Shown here: piece after piece, positions 13,201 through 26,000 of the stretch | Layout of the letters: each line of letters opens with the position of its first letter | How positions within the stretch are numbered: the stretch's first letter is position 1 | Assembly (NCBI GenBank): GCA_001179505.1 | Contig: CDMY01000366.1 | Coordinates: 248,001-312,000, forward strand | Source: Vitrella brassicaformis CCMP3155 | Taxonomy: Eukaryota > Protista > Chromerida | Length of the DNA stretch: 64,000 nucleotides | Direction: 5' to 3' | Position numbers and translations under genes: made by a program | Notes under the pieces: model-generated | The model's database searches: none | What the model saw: the letters and a program-made list of their open reading frames with translations, nothing else | What the model was told of the DNA's origin: nothing

Positions 13201-14441
13201 AGCGAGGCCACCAGGCTGACAGATGAGGCGATGGCAGCTCTCAAGGGGATGTGGGATGAGTGTGGGAGGGCTGCCGCTGGAGGGTCTCACTCGCTGTCGC
13301 TGTTCAACCCTGACTTCGAGGCCGAGATGGCGCTCCACTACTTCGAGAACCTCACAGGTCTGTGAGATGTGGGAACAAACAAGAGGGATCATGATTCTTT
13401 CCCCGTGTGTTGGTCTGTCTGAGAGTGTCTGTGTGTGTGTGTCAGGTGTGGAGCTGACCTCCCAGCTGCTGACGTCTTTCCTCTCAGGCGCCTCGCACGC
13501 CTTGCTCAGCTCGCCTTTGGCCACCCTCCACCTGCCTCTCCACACCCACCTCTGCCAGCTCATCGCCACACGCATCGCCAGCGCATTCACCACCTCCCAA
13601 CACATGCACCCGTCGCCCTCCTCCGGATCCATCGACAAGGAGCAGTCTGGTTGGGGGCAGGAGGGCAGTGTGGGAATGGCGATGCCGCGGAACGATGGGT
13701 CGTTGCAGGAGGCTCTTGACGGTCTGGAGGAGGGGGAAATCATGCTGGCTGTGGCGACGTCGCTGAGCGACAAGCTGCCGGGACAGGGGGCGCTCATCTC
13801 GCGCCTCATGAGTGAAGAGGAGACCATCGTGGCGACTGAGGTGAGCACCCTCTACCACCCTGGACGTACGTATCCTTGACCCAACTTCAATTCTACGGGC
13901 GTGTTTGTTTGTGCCTGTCTGTCTGGTGCACTCACTGCAGGAAGAGCGCAATGCTGTGAGCCAGTTCTTCGCCCGCTGCAACGCCAGCACATCCGCCTTT
14001 CATCAGCACACCGCTGTCGACCAGCCGCACCCCCACCCCACGCCCCCTCCCCCTCCCCCTCCCTCCCAGCAGCACCAGCAGCCCTTCACGCTTCCCCGAT
14101 CTGTATCAGGCCAGCCCGACGCACCCCCACTGCCACAGATACAGGTGCGCGCGCCGCCCGACAACAACACATCCCACCAGCCACAGCCAGCGCCACAAAG
14201 GGCCACACCAGCAGCAGCACGGCGAGATGACCAAGGGGGCTTGTCGGGAGCGGAGGGTCTGTCCCGCATGGCGCCGTTTGCTCGCGAGTATCTGCTGCGG
14301 TTGGAGGGGAGGAAGGGTGCTCATGGTGGTTGTGGGGATGGGGGCGTGGGCGGTGTGGTGTCGCTGCCGCAGCGGCTGTATGCATCCTTCCAGAGCGACG
14401 AGTTCCGCATTGCCACCACTTACTGCGAGAGGCTGGGCTGA
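10215..14441 (+). CDS. RAB3GAP1: Rab3 GTPase-activating protein catalytic subunit (RAB3GAP1-like); multi-exon
   Basis: EVFEIRDFTTATPLERLSRQMELVIEQWK (RAB3GAP1 N-terminal motif), HCLLHQKLQLLNCAI, LRSDAQAY..AYP...TDFVAW, LFNPDFEAEMALHYFENL, and C-terminal PQRLYASFQSDEFRIAT. Confidence 0.85.
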
Positions 14442-15043
14442 CGCACTCATTCACGAAGGGGGCGGGGCGTGTCGACTTGTGTGTGGCGGGCAGTGTGTGG
14501 TGGTTTTGTCCTTTTGACCGTCCGGTGTGTTGTGCCCCACACTTCGACTTGATCTGTCTGGTGGAGGCGTCGCCCGCTTCCCATTGATTGACATGACACC
14601 CTATCGAGCGAAGCCCAGCACACCAGACAGGCATTCAGGCAGATGGACGATCGCCATAGACAAGTCAGTTGGTGATGTGTGTATGAGAGAAATTCAGATG
14701 CTGTGAGCTGCAGGTGCCTTGGGTGGTGTTTGCCTTGCGACGGACGCATCCCACAATACGTTCCCTCTGTCTTCGGAGAGGACGCTGATTGTTTGATGCC
14801 GCCTTTGCATGCAACCGCCCAAGGCAATTGCGTCGCAGAAGAGAGTGACCGTGGCTAGTGTATGTATGGGTGATGTGACCGACCTAATGCGAGATGAATG
14901 TCTGCTTTCATGCTGCACGCATTCTGGAAAGGGGTCCACCCACCCACCCATCCATCCACACACACACGCACCTACTCTAGCCAGCCCCTTTGTCTTGCCC
15001 TGCTCTACTCTACTCTGTGCTATCTGTCTGTCTGTCTGTCTGT

Positions 15044-15658
15044 CTATCCTTCCTTGCCCTCTGAGTCTCCACTGCTGCCCTCCCTCATCCGCTGGGCCCT
15101 CTCCCACACATCCACCACACCACCAAAGAAGTCCGCCTGCGCACGGTGCAGCCGCTGGCCTATCAGCCGACACCCGTCTGCAGAAGCATAGCCCCACCCC
15201 CCGAAGGGACACCCACGATGCGCCTTTTCCCCGCTGCTGCCCTCAGCCCCCCGTTGCCCCTCCCCCTCCATCTCGGCACTGCTCGGATGTGCGTGCCTGC
15301 CCCGGGACCTCTCGTCCTTCTTGTGTGCATGATCTTGGCTAAGCTTCCATTTCTCGATGAGGGCCTCCAGGTCTTCCTCAGATGTCGGCAGGGGGCTGGC
15401 AGATGACGGAAGGGTCTGCAGTGGGATGTCCGTCGAGTCTGTCGGGATCTTCTGCAGCAGGGAGGGCGGGCGATGGATGAGGGGGCGGTGCACCATTGCG
15501 AGGGAGCCGATGGTGCTATCCTCCTCCATGGTGCACCTGACGTCCGGGACCTCTCCCTTGTCGAGAGAGATCTTCTGCGCCATCCTCATGGATAGATGGC
15601 GCAGTTTCGCGAGCAATTCTGTCTGCTGAACACTAGGACTGATCGCTTCGCCGTCCAT
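15044..15658 (-). CDS. Hypothetical protein (about 200 aa, low complexity); 3' end uncertain
   Basis: Open frame from ATG 15658 (MDGEAISPSVQQTELLAKLRHLSMRMAQK...), head-to-head with the transporter gene. No recognisable domain. Confidence 0.4.
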   Translation of the reverse strand: MDGEAISPSVQQTELLAKLRHLSMRMAQKISLDKGEVPDVRCTMEEDSTIGSLAMVHRPLIHRPPSLLQKIPTDSTDIPLQTLPSSASPLPTSEEDLEALIEKWKLSQDHAHKKDERSRGRHAHPSSAEMEGEGQRGAEGSSGEKAHRGCPFGGWGYASADGCRLIGQRLHRAQADFFGGVVDVWERAQRMREGSSGDSEGKEG

Positions 15659-15773
15659 TTGGCCAGATCTCTCGGATCGGGCGGACGAAAGCTCGCAAAA
15701 TTGAAAACTCGCCAAGAAATCCTGGACAGGCCAGGCCCTTCGCCTCAGCGTTCTATCCAGCAACAAAGGCACA

Positions 15774-17243
15774 ATGTTTCGTCGTCCTGATAGTCGTCCC
15801 CGCGCCCCCCTCACTCCTCCCACCCTGTCCACCCGTGCCAGCACCGCAGAAGGCTCCCCTCTGGTCACGCAGGACGTCCGCTACAGCATCAAGGAGGATG
15901 ACCATCCCGAACTGGCCAAGTGGGCCCTCTCCCGGGCCTCCCGCGGCCTCAATGCATCGCAAAAGGCCCTGCTCTTCGCCTTTCTGGCGAATGCCTTCTA
16001 CTTTGCAGTGAGTGTGGGGACGACGATATTCAACAAGGTACACATACCGCTGGGATGGGAGTGACCAACCCGAGAATGCGCACTCCACTGCACTGCCGCA
16101 TCCATCACACAAACCCTGTTCGTTCTCCTCCCTCCGTCGTGGTTGTGTGGTGTGGTGTGGTGTCTTGTATTGTGTGTGCAGGTGGTGTTGACGTCTTACC
16201 ATTTCACCCTGGTCAACGTGATGCTGCTGCTGCAGAACCTGCTGACCCTTGTGGTGCTGGTGCTGCTCAAGCAGATTGGGTGGCTGAGCTTCCCGCCCAT
16301 AACGCTAGACAGAGCCCTGGAGCTCCTGCCCCAGTCGCTATACAACTTCATTCGGATCGTCGCCGGCCTCTGGAGCCTCTCCTATCTCAACATCCCAACC
16401 AACAGCGCCTTTTTACGGGCAGGGAGCGTCGTCACGCTTATCGGAGAGTATCTGTTCCTGCGCTACGTGGCGTCGGGTCTCATCTGGGTGTCGGTGGTGG
16501 TGCAGGCCGTCGGTGCGGCCATCACCACGTGGGCCGACCTGTATCTCACTGCGATGGGCGTCTTGTACGTGTCGGTGTCCATCGTCTTCTGTGCGGCCTT
16601 CCTGGTGCAGATGAAGCGGGACCTGCAGCAGCTCGACAGACGGCGGGAGGAGACGTCCATCTCCTTCCTGCTATACCAGTCCCTCTGCTTCATCCCGCTC
16701 CTGCTGGCCTGGGGCGCCCTCTGCGGCGAGTTCACGGCCCTCCGCTCCTCAACGCTCTTCCACAGCCCCGGGTTCGTCGCCTCCTTCAGCCTTTCCCTCG
16801 TGCTGGGGGCGCTGCTGGCCTACTCAACGATCCTGGCGAACCAATTCGCCTCGCCCGTGACGGTGACGGTGACGGGCAACCTCAAGGCCCTCACCACAGA
16901 CGTGCTGGGCATCATCCTATTCCCCGACGTGGACCTGTCTTTCGGCTACCTCAGTGGGCTGGCGGTGTCCTTCTCGGGGGCATTCCTGTTTAGCTACGCC
17001 AAGATAGAGGAGAATCGGCGGAGGGACAGCTGCGGCAGCAAGCGTCGTGCAGACATAGAGGAGGGGCGCGGGAGCGCGCCCGCCACTGGCAATGGCATGA
17101 TAGATACAAACAAGGACAGAGAGAGACATGGCTCCTACTATAGCACGGGCTCCATGTGCCCCGGTAGTACCACTGTGGGGGATGAGAGCGAGGAGAGCAA
17201 CTCATCCGACGGGCTGGAGGGAGGCTGCCCCGTCCGCCCATGA
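15774..17243 (+). CDS. Nucleotide-sugar transporter (SLC35/TPT-DMT family); 2 exons
   Basis: Exons about 15774-16037 and 16182-17243, with roughly 9-10 hydrophobic helices. Motifs TTIFNKVVLTSYHF, LSYLNIPTNSAFLR, SPVTVTVTGNLK, FSGAFLFSYAK. Confidence 0.85.
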
Positions 17244-18148
17244 GCACGGAGGACAGACAGAGAGCTAGAGAGGGGGGAGGGAGGAGGGGCTTCTGATTGT
17301 ACAGCTTGCTTGCATTGGACGGTTGTGGGTGGATCCATGAGTGAGTGCATGAGTGCGGGAGAGTGAGTGCGTGTGGGTGTCTGGTCTGCCTGCGGTGGAT
17401 TGGATGGATGGATGGATGGTTGGATTGTGGATGGTTTGGACCTATCGAAGTATGCGTTCAGTCTTCCCCCTGCTGATGGCCTCCAGCAGGCCATCCATCC
17501 ATCGTATCGATCCCGAAGTTAAAACAGTTACAGGGACCAGATCATGCCACGAGTTTGTCCGTCCGTCCGGCCGTCCGTCCAACGCACCTTTTACTAACCA
17601 AAGGCACGCCACACGCCAGCATGGCATGCATCAGACAGACAGGAGAGAGAGACACACGCACCCCACCACCCCTCCCCTCACTTTCACCTCCCTCTAAGCA
17701 ACAAGAATCACCTGCCTGCACGTACAACGGGTGCGTGTGCGCCTCCCTTCCTCCCTCCCTGTGTGTGTGATGTGAAATGAAACGACCGACTGATCGATCC
17801 GACCCCCACAGCCGTGCCGTGCCGTGCTGGCCTTCTCAATCCATTTCCCGGACAGCTGAACACATGTGAAATGCGCACTGCACTGCACTCGTCAGTCAGA
17901 AAAGGGCAGCGCAGGTCAGCACAGCATAGCACGGCCAGATGGGTGTCTGTGATGTCTGTGTGTGTGTCGTCTCCACTTGTTGGCGGCTCAATACACTACA
18001 CGCTGGTCCTCTCTCCACAGCAGGCAGGCACACAAATTCAACCCTCCCTCCCACCCGCCCACACACAGGGGGATGGGATACACACACGGATGTGTTGAGG
18101 GTGAGCTCACCGCACACGGATGGCATGGATGGCCAGGCCACCCACTGA

Positions 18149-20570
18149 CTAGAGTTTTGCTTGCCAGTACTCGTCCACCGAGTCCGGACAGTTGGCGCAG
18201 TTGCTCTCGGGCTCCCACGTCGACGGCCACACTGATGGATGACACCACACCACAACCGTCCGATGGATCGATGCAACACAGCACAAAGCGTGTGATGTGA
18301 TGTGATGTGATGCATGTCGTGTGTAGTGACTCACTCACTGACCTTCTCCCTTTTTGCCTGGTTTCCACATGACGTTGAACTCGAGGTTGCCGCGGCGGTC
18401 GTACCTGTGGCCCACGATCTTGAGCACCTCCCACTCCTCGTCACCATCGCTATCCTCATCTGTGTCATGGTCCAAATCCACCACCTCCTCCTCGAGCTTG
18501 ACCTTCTTGGCCTTCTTGCGGGCTGGCGACCCCTTCCTCTTGAACCCCCCATGCTTCACCTGGGCCCGCCCACGACCACCACCACCCCTGCCGGTCTCTC
18601 GGCCCCTCTTGGTGCCCTTTTTGCTGAGCTCGAGGCTGCTGTCGCGTGAGGGCCGCTTGGCCATGCTCTTGGCTGCACCGTGCACGCCCATCTCTTGGCA
18701 TTCAGCCAGTGTCAGGTTGGTCGGGCCCAGACCACCACCACCACCACCTCTACCTTTCGACACGCGGGGGGTCCTGCCCCTGCCCCTGCCCCTGCCAAGC
18801 ACCTTGGCCCTCGACTTCGGGGTCGGGCCGGTCTTCATTCGAACCATCCGCACGATGCCCCCATCGCCGGATGAGTCGTCGTGGCCATCGTCCGCAGCCG
18901 CCTCTTCTTCTTCTGGCGCTGCCGCTGCCGCTGCTGCTGCTGCGGCGGCGGCGGCAGCGGCGTGCACGTGACGAGATGTCGCCTGTGTGGGGGTCTTGGA
19001 TGTGATGTGGAGTGTGGCGATGATGGCGTTGCCGCCGCCGGTGACGATTCTGCCGTAGGTGCGGGTGGTCTGCCGGGCCTTCTTCTCGAGCTCTCTGCGT
19101 GCTGCGGCCTGGATGGCGTCTGCCTCGTCCTGAGACTCGATGAAGGCACCCACGGGGAGGGGGGCGGCTGCACGCGGGGAGGGGGAGGGAAGGTCGTCAC
19201 GCCACACCATGCGAAGCGGGCGGTTCCGACCCTGACCAACACAGACAGCACATCATGAGCATCAATCAAGTCAGCGGATCCGTGCGCATCGCATCCCTCT
19301 CTCTGGCCTGGCTGGCTGCTCACTCACCTCGCGCATTTGGTTCTCAGCCTGGAGGAACGGCGGCCCCGTGAACAGCTCCCCGTCAATCATCCCACATATC
19401 GAAGTCCCCGCCCTGATCGACTCAGCGACCTTCTGCGCGTCCCGCTGTCCGCCCCCCAGCGCATTGCCGATGACACGCAGCCGCCCCGACTCGGTCATGC
19501 AGATGGTGGCCCCCTCGCACAGCCACACACGGCTGATGCGGTCGGGGTCGCGCCGCACGCGGACACTGACAGGCTGGAATTGTGGGTCGGGCATGTTGGA
19601 CTGCTCGGGTGGGTGTGAGGCGACGTTGTTGCTGCCGCTGCTGTCTTGGGTGTTGGGGGGGCTGGGCTGAAGGGGCAGAGGGTACAGAGAGACGCCGTAG
19701 AGCTGCTCGACCTCGCGCCGGCGGGCCTCTTCCAGCTGACGCTCGGCCGAGAATGGTGGTCTTCCTGCAGCAGAGGATTCCATCCTGCAGGCAGGCAGAC
19801 AGACAGACAGACAGATGGGCCGGGCACATTGGCAAATGATGCGTGAGCGTGGATACCCTACCCTACCCGAATCGGTCTGTGGTGGGGTTGGCGATGTGTG
19901 CGTGTTTCCACCACTCGGGGTTGGCGAGGCCATTCAGCTCATAGGACGCAGACATGTTGCCCAAGGAAAACTGCGACAGACAGACAGACAGACAGACAGA
20001 CAAAGTGCAGTCCATGGAGAAAGGGCCGGTCGGTCGATGAGGCACACGTGTGGCGCACCGTACCTCGCTGGTGAAGTGTGGTGTCCATTCGATGGGCTCG
20101 GGGATGTACTGCCGCCAAAGCTGCCGCGCCTGATGGTCGCCTGCATCAACAGACAGACAGGCCGGACGGATGGCAGGGCCGGGGCAATGGTGTTTGTTGT
20201 GTTTGTGTTGCTCACCGTACCGTTCCACTCGTATATGATGCCGTCCTTGGTGACGGCAATGCACTCGCTGCCGACAGCCGCTATGTCACGCACGAGCCGG
20301 CCAAGCCCCTCAACGAACAGCGGACCCTTCACCTGCACCGCACCCAGCAGACAGACAGACAGACAGAGCGACCAACACACACAAGCGACGTGACGTCATT
20401 GAGCTCACCCACCCCACCTGGATCATCTTGGCTTTGATCTTGCCGCTGGGGTAATGGCTGGGTGTCTTGGAGCCGCCGTCCATGTCAGGCCGCCACTGCC
20501 ACACGTGGCCATTGGCCAAGAGCACCACACCTGTGTGCGCCTTGGGGCCACACACCAACTGACACACACA

Positions 20571-20611
<41 letters not shown>

Positions 20612-22724
20612 CGAGAGCGAGAGAGAGAGAGAGAGAGACTCTAAATGCCGCCCGCCCCAAGCTTGTGTTGGTCGGTCCTTCCTCTTACCACCCCTCCCCC
20701 CACCCCGCCGACCTTCTCCGGAGGTGATGGGAACCTGCGGAAACGAATGTAGACATCTGGCCCCTTGACGAACAGCGCCATGTTGGAGTCAATCTTCTTG
20801 GGGTCCGCCTCGCTCATCCTGAGGCCCGTCCTGGGCTTGGCCAGCACCGCCATGCTCGGCTCGGTGCGGGGCGGCTCCTCGGTGATGTCGGGCATGGACA
20901 GGGAGAGGGCGAACGCCGGGACGTGCACCTCTGCGCCGCTGTCCGGTGGGCGGTGAGCGAAGGGGTTGGCGGCCATCTTGAACTCCAGGTCGGTCTTGGT
21001 GACGTGTGGCTCCGTCACGGGCTGGTCCAGGTGGCCCGAGGTGTAATGGACATCACCTGTATGGGGGAAGGACAGACAGGGGCAGAGAGTTAGAGATAGA
21101 AATAGAGAGTTGGGTCCATTCCCCGTGTGTGTGATTGTGACATTGCATACCCTTGCGTGAGATGCCGGCTATGAAGAACCTGTCGGGCATTCCTGGGGGG
21201 GCGTCGAGTGCGCTGCCTGCGATGGTTATGGTGGTGAGATCCAGCTCGCGGAAGCCCTCAATCTCCTCCCAGCAGTTGCAGCCATCGATAACGTCGTCAT
21301 GACTGTGAAGGAAAGGACAAACAGACACATCAGCATACATAGCACCCACACTTGTGTGTGAGTGGCTAAGTGGCGTCGCCTGGTGTATGCTGCGTACCTC
21401 TGGCGCCACAAGAAGACCTGGCTGGTGGACATGAGCACGGCGACGTGCCAGCGCGCCACAGCGATGTCCCGGATGCCCACTCCAGGCTGGCAGGGCAGGG
21501 AGTCAAACATGACCGTGTCTTCCAGATACACACAACCGCCCGACAGGCTCTCGTCACCCTGAAGGACAACAAACAGTACATGAGTCACACACAGGTCTGC
21601 TGTGTGTGGCCCATCTGTCTGTCTGTCTACCTGCCCCGTCTGAAGCGCAGAATGAAGCGCGTGGGTCCGAAACAGCGGGCCGCAGGCCAGGTAACGCTCA
21701 GTGACCTCTGAAGCAAGGAGCAACACACACACACACACACACACACACACCGATCCATCCATCCATCCATGTGTCCTTGTCGTACCGTCCTCCTGTTTGC
21801 GTGGCCGTCCCCGCTTCTTCTGAGGAACAGCGGCCCTCTTAGACCCCCCGGCGGGCACCAGCCGCCGCGCCTGGAGCCCACCCCCACCGCCATTCCCACC
21901 CAGCCTCATCATTCCGACGCCCATTCCCAAACCGCCCATGCCCTCGTCGAAGCCGTCGAACATCTTGAGACCCTCACGGTCGTGGGTCCCCTCATGCGTC
22001 ATGCCACCCTCCTCACTGTCACCACGACCCTCACCCCCTCCCTCTCCCTCTCGGTCTTCCTTGTCACCGCCGATGAGATCCTGCAGCCCATTGCCCCGCA
22101 CCACCTGTTGGTGTCCGTTGGCGGCGATGTTGGTCTCGTTGCCGATCGACGACGGCAGACCTTCATCGTCCACGGCCATGCCGCTGTCCTCCTCCTCCTC
22201 CTCTTCCCCTCCCCCCTGATGAATCTCATCGTCCTCCTCGTGAGTCACAGGTGGGGTGGGGAGCTGCGGTGGGCCAGCAGCGACCGCTGCTGCTGGTGGG
22301 ATGGCTGCCGCTGCAGCAGCTGCTGCTGCAGCGTTGTGAGGTGGGACTGCGTCGACGAAGGGAGGTGAGACCTCGGTGGGTGGCGACTGCTGGTCACCGC
22401 CGGAAGGGCCGATGATGCCGGGGGATGGTGCGGCAGCACCCATGCCGCTGTCACCCACGCCGTTCGCCGCCTGCAGCGACCAAAAGGCACAAAGAGCAAG
22501 TCAGTCACGTGTCTGGTGCGCACGTGTCTGTCATCATCTCTCCCCACCTGCATGCCATTGGCTGCATTGCCATCGCCTTGGTCGTCTGTGTCGTGGCCTG
22601 CCGCATCGCCATTCATCTGGGGTGCGTCGTCGTCCATGCCGGCCGCCGCAGCTGCCACGGCATCGGACTCGTCGTGTGGCTTGTTGCCGGCTGCAGATCT
22701 CGTCGGATGGGCGTCGCTATCCAT
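18149..22724 (-). CDS. RCC1-like repeat + chromodomain protein with AT-hook, paralogue A; multi-exon, 5' end uncertain
   Basis: RCC1-like blades IRDIAVARWHVAVLMSTSQVFLW, LVCGPKAHTGVVLLANGHVWQW, VRDIAAVGSECIAVTKDGIIYEW. AT-hook KKRGRPRK. Spliced chromodomain EEWEVLKIVGHRYDRRGNLEFNVMWK...TWEPESNCANCPDSVDEYW. Confidence 0.7.
20562..20638. repeat. Compound (CA)n(GA)n intronic microsatellite, representative of many in the window
   Basis: Read directly. Similar (GT)n, (CAGA)n and (CATC)n tracts lie in most introns. Confidence 0.95.
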
Positions 22725-23024
22725 CTCGGTCAGATCAACCTGGTACAACGAGCAGACGGGACGATGCGCATGCTACAGAAGGGCGACTGAAGGACGCTAC
22801 TCTTCCTGCCCCCTCGATAGATGCGAGCTTGTGGACGGATCGCGAGCAGAATGCGAGGAAACCTGGTTGCAGCCGCCGTACCCTGACGCGCCGTGCTGGT
22901 CACTCATTAGCCGGTTCCGCGAGTTGACTCTTGCAGCTGTGGTGTGGGAGATCCCTCTCGTCTATATCATTCGGGTGCTGAGGGTGCCCCCCCAGCGTCG
23001 ACGCCCATCGCATGCTAAGCAGCC

Positions 23025-26000
23025 ATGAATCCCTCGGACGAGGACAGGCCGTTGCCGCCGCCACCGCCACCGCGTCCGGTGGTAACTCTGAGGATGCCTC
23101 CTCGGTCTTCCATACTGCTGCGTCAGTCCACACAGCGCCCGCCGCCGCCGCATCTGCCGCTATCGGGAGCAGCAGCAGCTCCTGGCGCACCTGTGGTCAT
23201 CCCTCCAGTGCCCGTGCGGCCCCCATTGGCAACAGGATCACCACCCCGTGACTTCGGGCCGGCCGGGAGGGTAACTATCGTGCAGCAGGGCAGGCCGACC
23301 ATCGCCACCAGTGCACCTGCCGGTGGGGGTGGTGTGTATTGTGCACCGGCACCCCCTCCCCCACCCCCACCACCGCGTGTGACGCCCGGGATGCGACCTG
23401 GTGGGACACTTAGGTCGGCGGGAGGGTACGGCGGGCGGCCACGGGGTCGCCCACCATCGGTTGTGGCCTGGGTGAGGCCGCCGACGACCCCTCACCCACC
23501 GACACCACCAGTCATCTCGCTGGTGGCAAGACCGTCCCCACCGCCCAAGAGCCGTGCCGGCCCGCAGGCTGCTGCTGGTGCTGGCGTGGAGTTTATGGAT
23601 CGGATGGATACTGTGGATCTGACCCAGGAGGAGAAGGAGGATGAGGAGACGCAGGAGGCTCCACCAGGTGGGTATCTGTCTATCTGTCTGTGTCCATGGC
23701 ATAGGGACGGAAGGAGGGGGAACGGGTGGATGGTGGTGTGCGTTGACGGACGTCTTGTGTTGTGTTGGTTTGGTGTGTCGGTCAGAGGTGGGGGAGGAGT
23801 ATTTGGGTTACGGGCCGTTGTTCCAGGCCGCCAAGAAGGGCGCCGCCACGGGCAACCTCCGGCTGCTAGACGATGACTTAGAGGAGGCGGGCAGCACCGA
23901 GGCCACGAGCGCAAAGTTGGGACAGGTGGGCGGGGCGGGCTGACCCAACCAACACAAACACACCTCTGCACTCATGTTATCGTTGGTGGTCTCTCTTCTT
24001 TGTAAGGGTTTGTTGCTTCACGATTCGCCAATATCGTCGCTGCCGTCCAACGGTGGTCTGGTGCAGGACGTGGCGGTGGCGAGATGGCACATAGCCGTCC
24101 TGCTGGCCGACGGCCGGGTGCTGTTGTGGAGGCAGAGGTAATCACAGCACAGCAACTCCAACGCACTCATTGCTCGGCCGCTGTGCCATGAATGCAGCCA
24201 CCATGGTGTGTCAACGGGTTGCGACACGTGGGAGGAGATCCCGGCCTTCCGCAAGCTCGACATCGCATCGCTGCACCTCGCCGGCTCGTGCATGCGCGAC
24301 GACTGGCGACAGGCCGACCCTGCTGCCATCGCTGATCGGCAAAAGGACACCCTGCTCATCCAGCCCCGCCCCCCCGACAGGTTCTTCCTGGCGGCGCTGA
24401 CCAAGGACGGGCAGCTTCATTGGGTCAGGGGCGACGAGCAGCGGTGTCGGCTGCCTGCGTGGGAGCTGCACCAGACCTACTTCACCTTCAAGCACGACGG
24501 CCATGTGGTGCAGAACGGCGCCACCACCGCCAGCATGGGGGAGATCTGCCACGAGCCGCCTCCCGCCGAGCCGTCCATGGCGGTCATTGCCGTCCCGCGG
24601 GTGGCGGCGCTGCCTGCGCGCATCCAGGGGGAGGTGGAGGTCACGCCCTGCTTGTTCATCAAGGGCCCACACACATTCATCAGATTCAAAAAGTTCCCTG
24701 CAAAGCCGACCAAGGTCTGGTGGACACGCCGGGAGACAGGGAGGGAGGGAGGGAGGGGCTGTATGTGTGTTCCTTTCTGTCTGTGTGATGTCAGGTTGTG
24801 TGTGGCCCTGCGGCCGGGGGCGGGGCGGTGCTGCTGGAGAACGGCTCTCTCTGGCGGTGGACCATTAACGCCGAAACCCGCAAGGCAACGATAGACCAGG
24901 TAGGTAAACCAGGCAATGACCCCTCCACTGTGTCTGCAAGGCTTATGTCTCTGTGTGTGTTGTGCTGTGTGCGCCCTGGTGTGGTGACTGCTGGCCTGGC
25001 AGTTGCTCGGCTCGCTAAGGGGGAAGAAGGTGCTGGATGTGGCCGAGTGCTGCGGCGACTACGTGGCCGTGACTGACGACGGCATAGTGCACGAGTGGAA
25101 CACGCGGGTCGACGGCGTCCCCTTGTCGTCGAGGCTGCGGCCACACATTCCCCTTCCAGTCGAGTGGACACCCACCTTCCAACTCAAGGTACCTCAGCCT
25201 CAGCCCAGCCCCACACACACGCAAGAACACATCGGCATAGATAGGAAAGATAGATGGGCGGGCAGGCGATGGGCCCTTCGCACTCTCCTTGTTCGTTCCG
25301 TCTGTCATGTCAGGTGATGAGCGAGTCCCTCAGGCACCCCGACACGCCAAGCACGCTCGCATGGTGGCAGCAGGACCAGCAGCCCGCCCCCCCACCACCA
25401 CTCCCTCACCCAGAAGCATCAGCGGCGTCAGCCTCACCCGAGCAGGCACACCCCACCGTGCCGCCGCCGCCAACCGACGAGGAGCTGGAGGCCATGAGGC
25501 GGGCGGAGATCGAGGCCCAGTACGACGTCCGCCTGGCCAACCCACTCAAACCGGCCGGGAGCAATGGCGATGGTGACGGCGATGGCGATGAGGAGCTGGA
25601 GATCATCATGGAGACGCCGGGGCTGCCTGCGGGGCCTGTGCGTGTGGAGGCGGCCGCAGAGGACCCCGTGACGTCCATCTGGCTCATGGAGGGGGCCACC
25701 ATCGGCGTGCATAAGAGCGGCCGGTTCGCGGCCTGGGCAAACGCAGTGGCCTGGTGGCGATCCGGCGTCTGGGCGCCCGCTGCACCCGACACAAGCTTCG
25801 GCTTCAGCCTGGCCAGCGAGATTGCGACTCATCCCAACTACATGGTGAGTGCAGGGCGGGAGACAACCGAGAAGACAGAGTCTCTCCTGTTTGTTCGTCT
25901 GACTGCAATACGCCTGTGTGTCTGTGTGTCGTTGTGGTTGTTGGGTTCATCTCATCGCTCAGACGTGGTCAGAGGTGCTGCGGTCGTCCCCCTGGCTGCA

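Noticed and set aside
12787-13848. Long minus-strand ORF (353 aa) and similar long ORFs such as 2816-3535 (+), 15920-16993 (+) and 48110-49570 (-)
   Set aside because: These are antisense or alternate-frame shadows of real GC-rich coding exons. They translate microsatellite intron sequence and contain no domain motifs.
15774-17243. Assigning the transporter as the GDP-fucose supplier for SPY
   Set aside because: SPY acts in the cytosol and nucleus and needs no luminal transporter. The GxLNK GDP-sugar motif is absent (GNLKA instead), and the genes are 35 kb apart.
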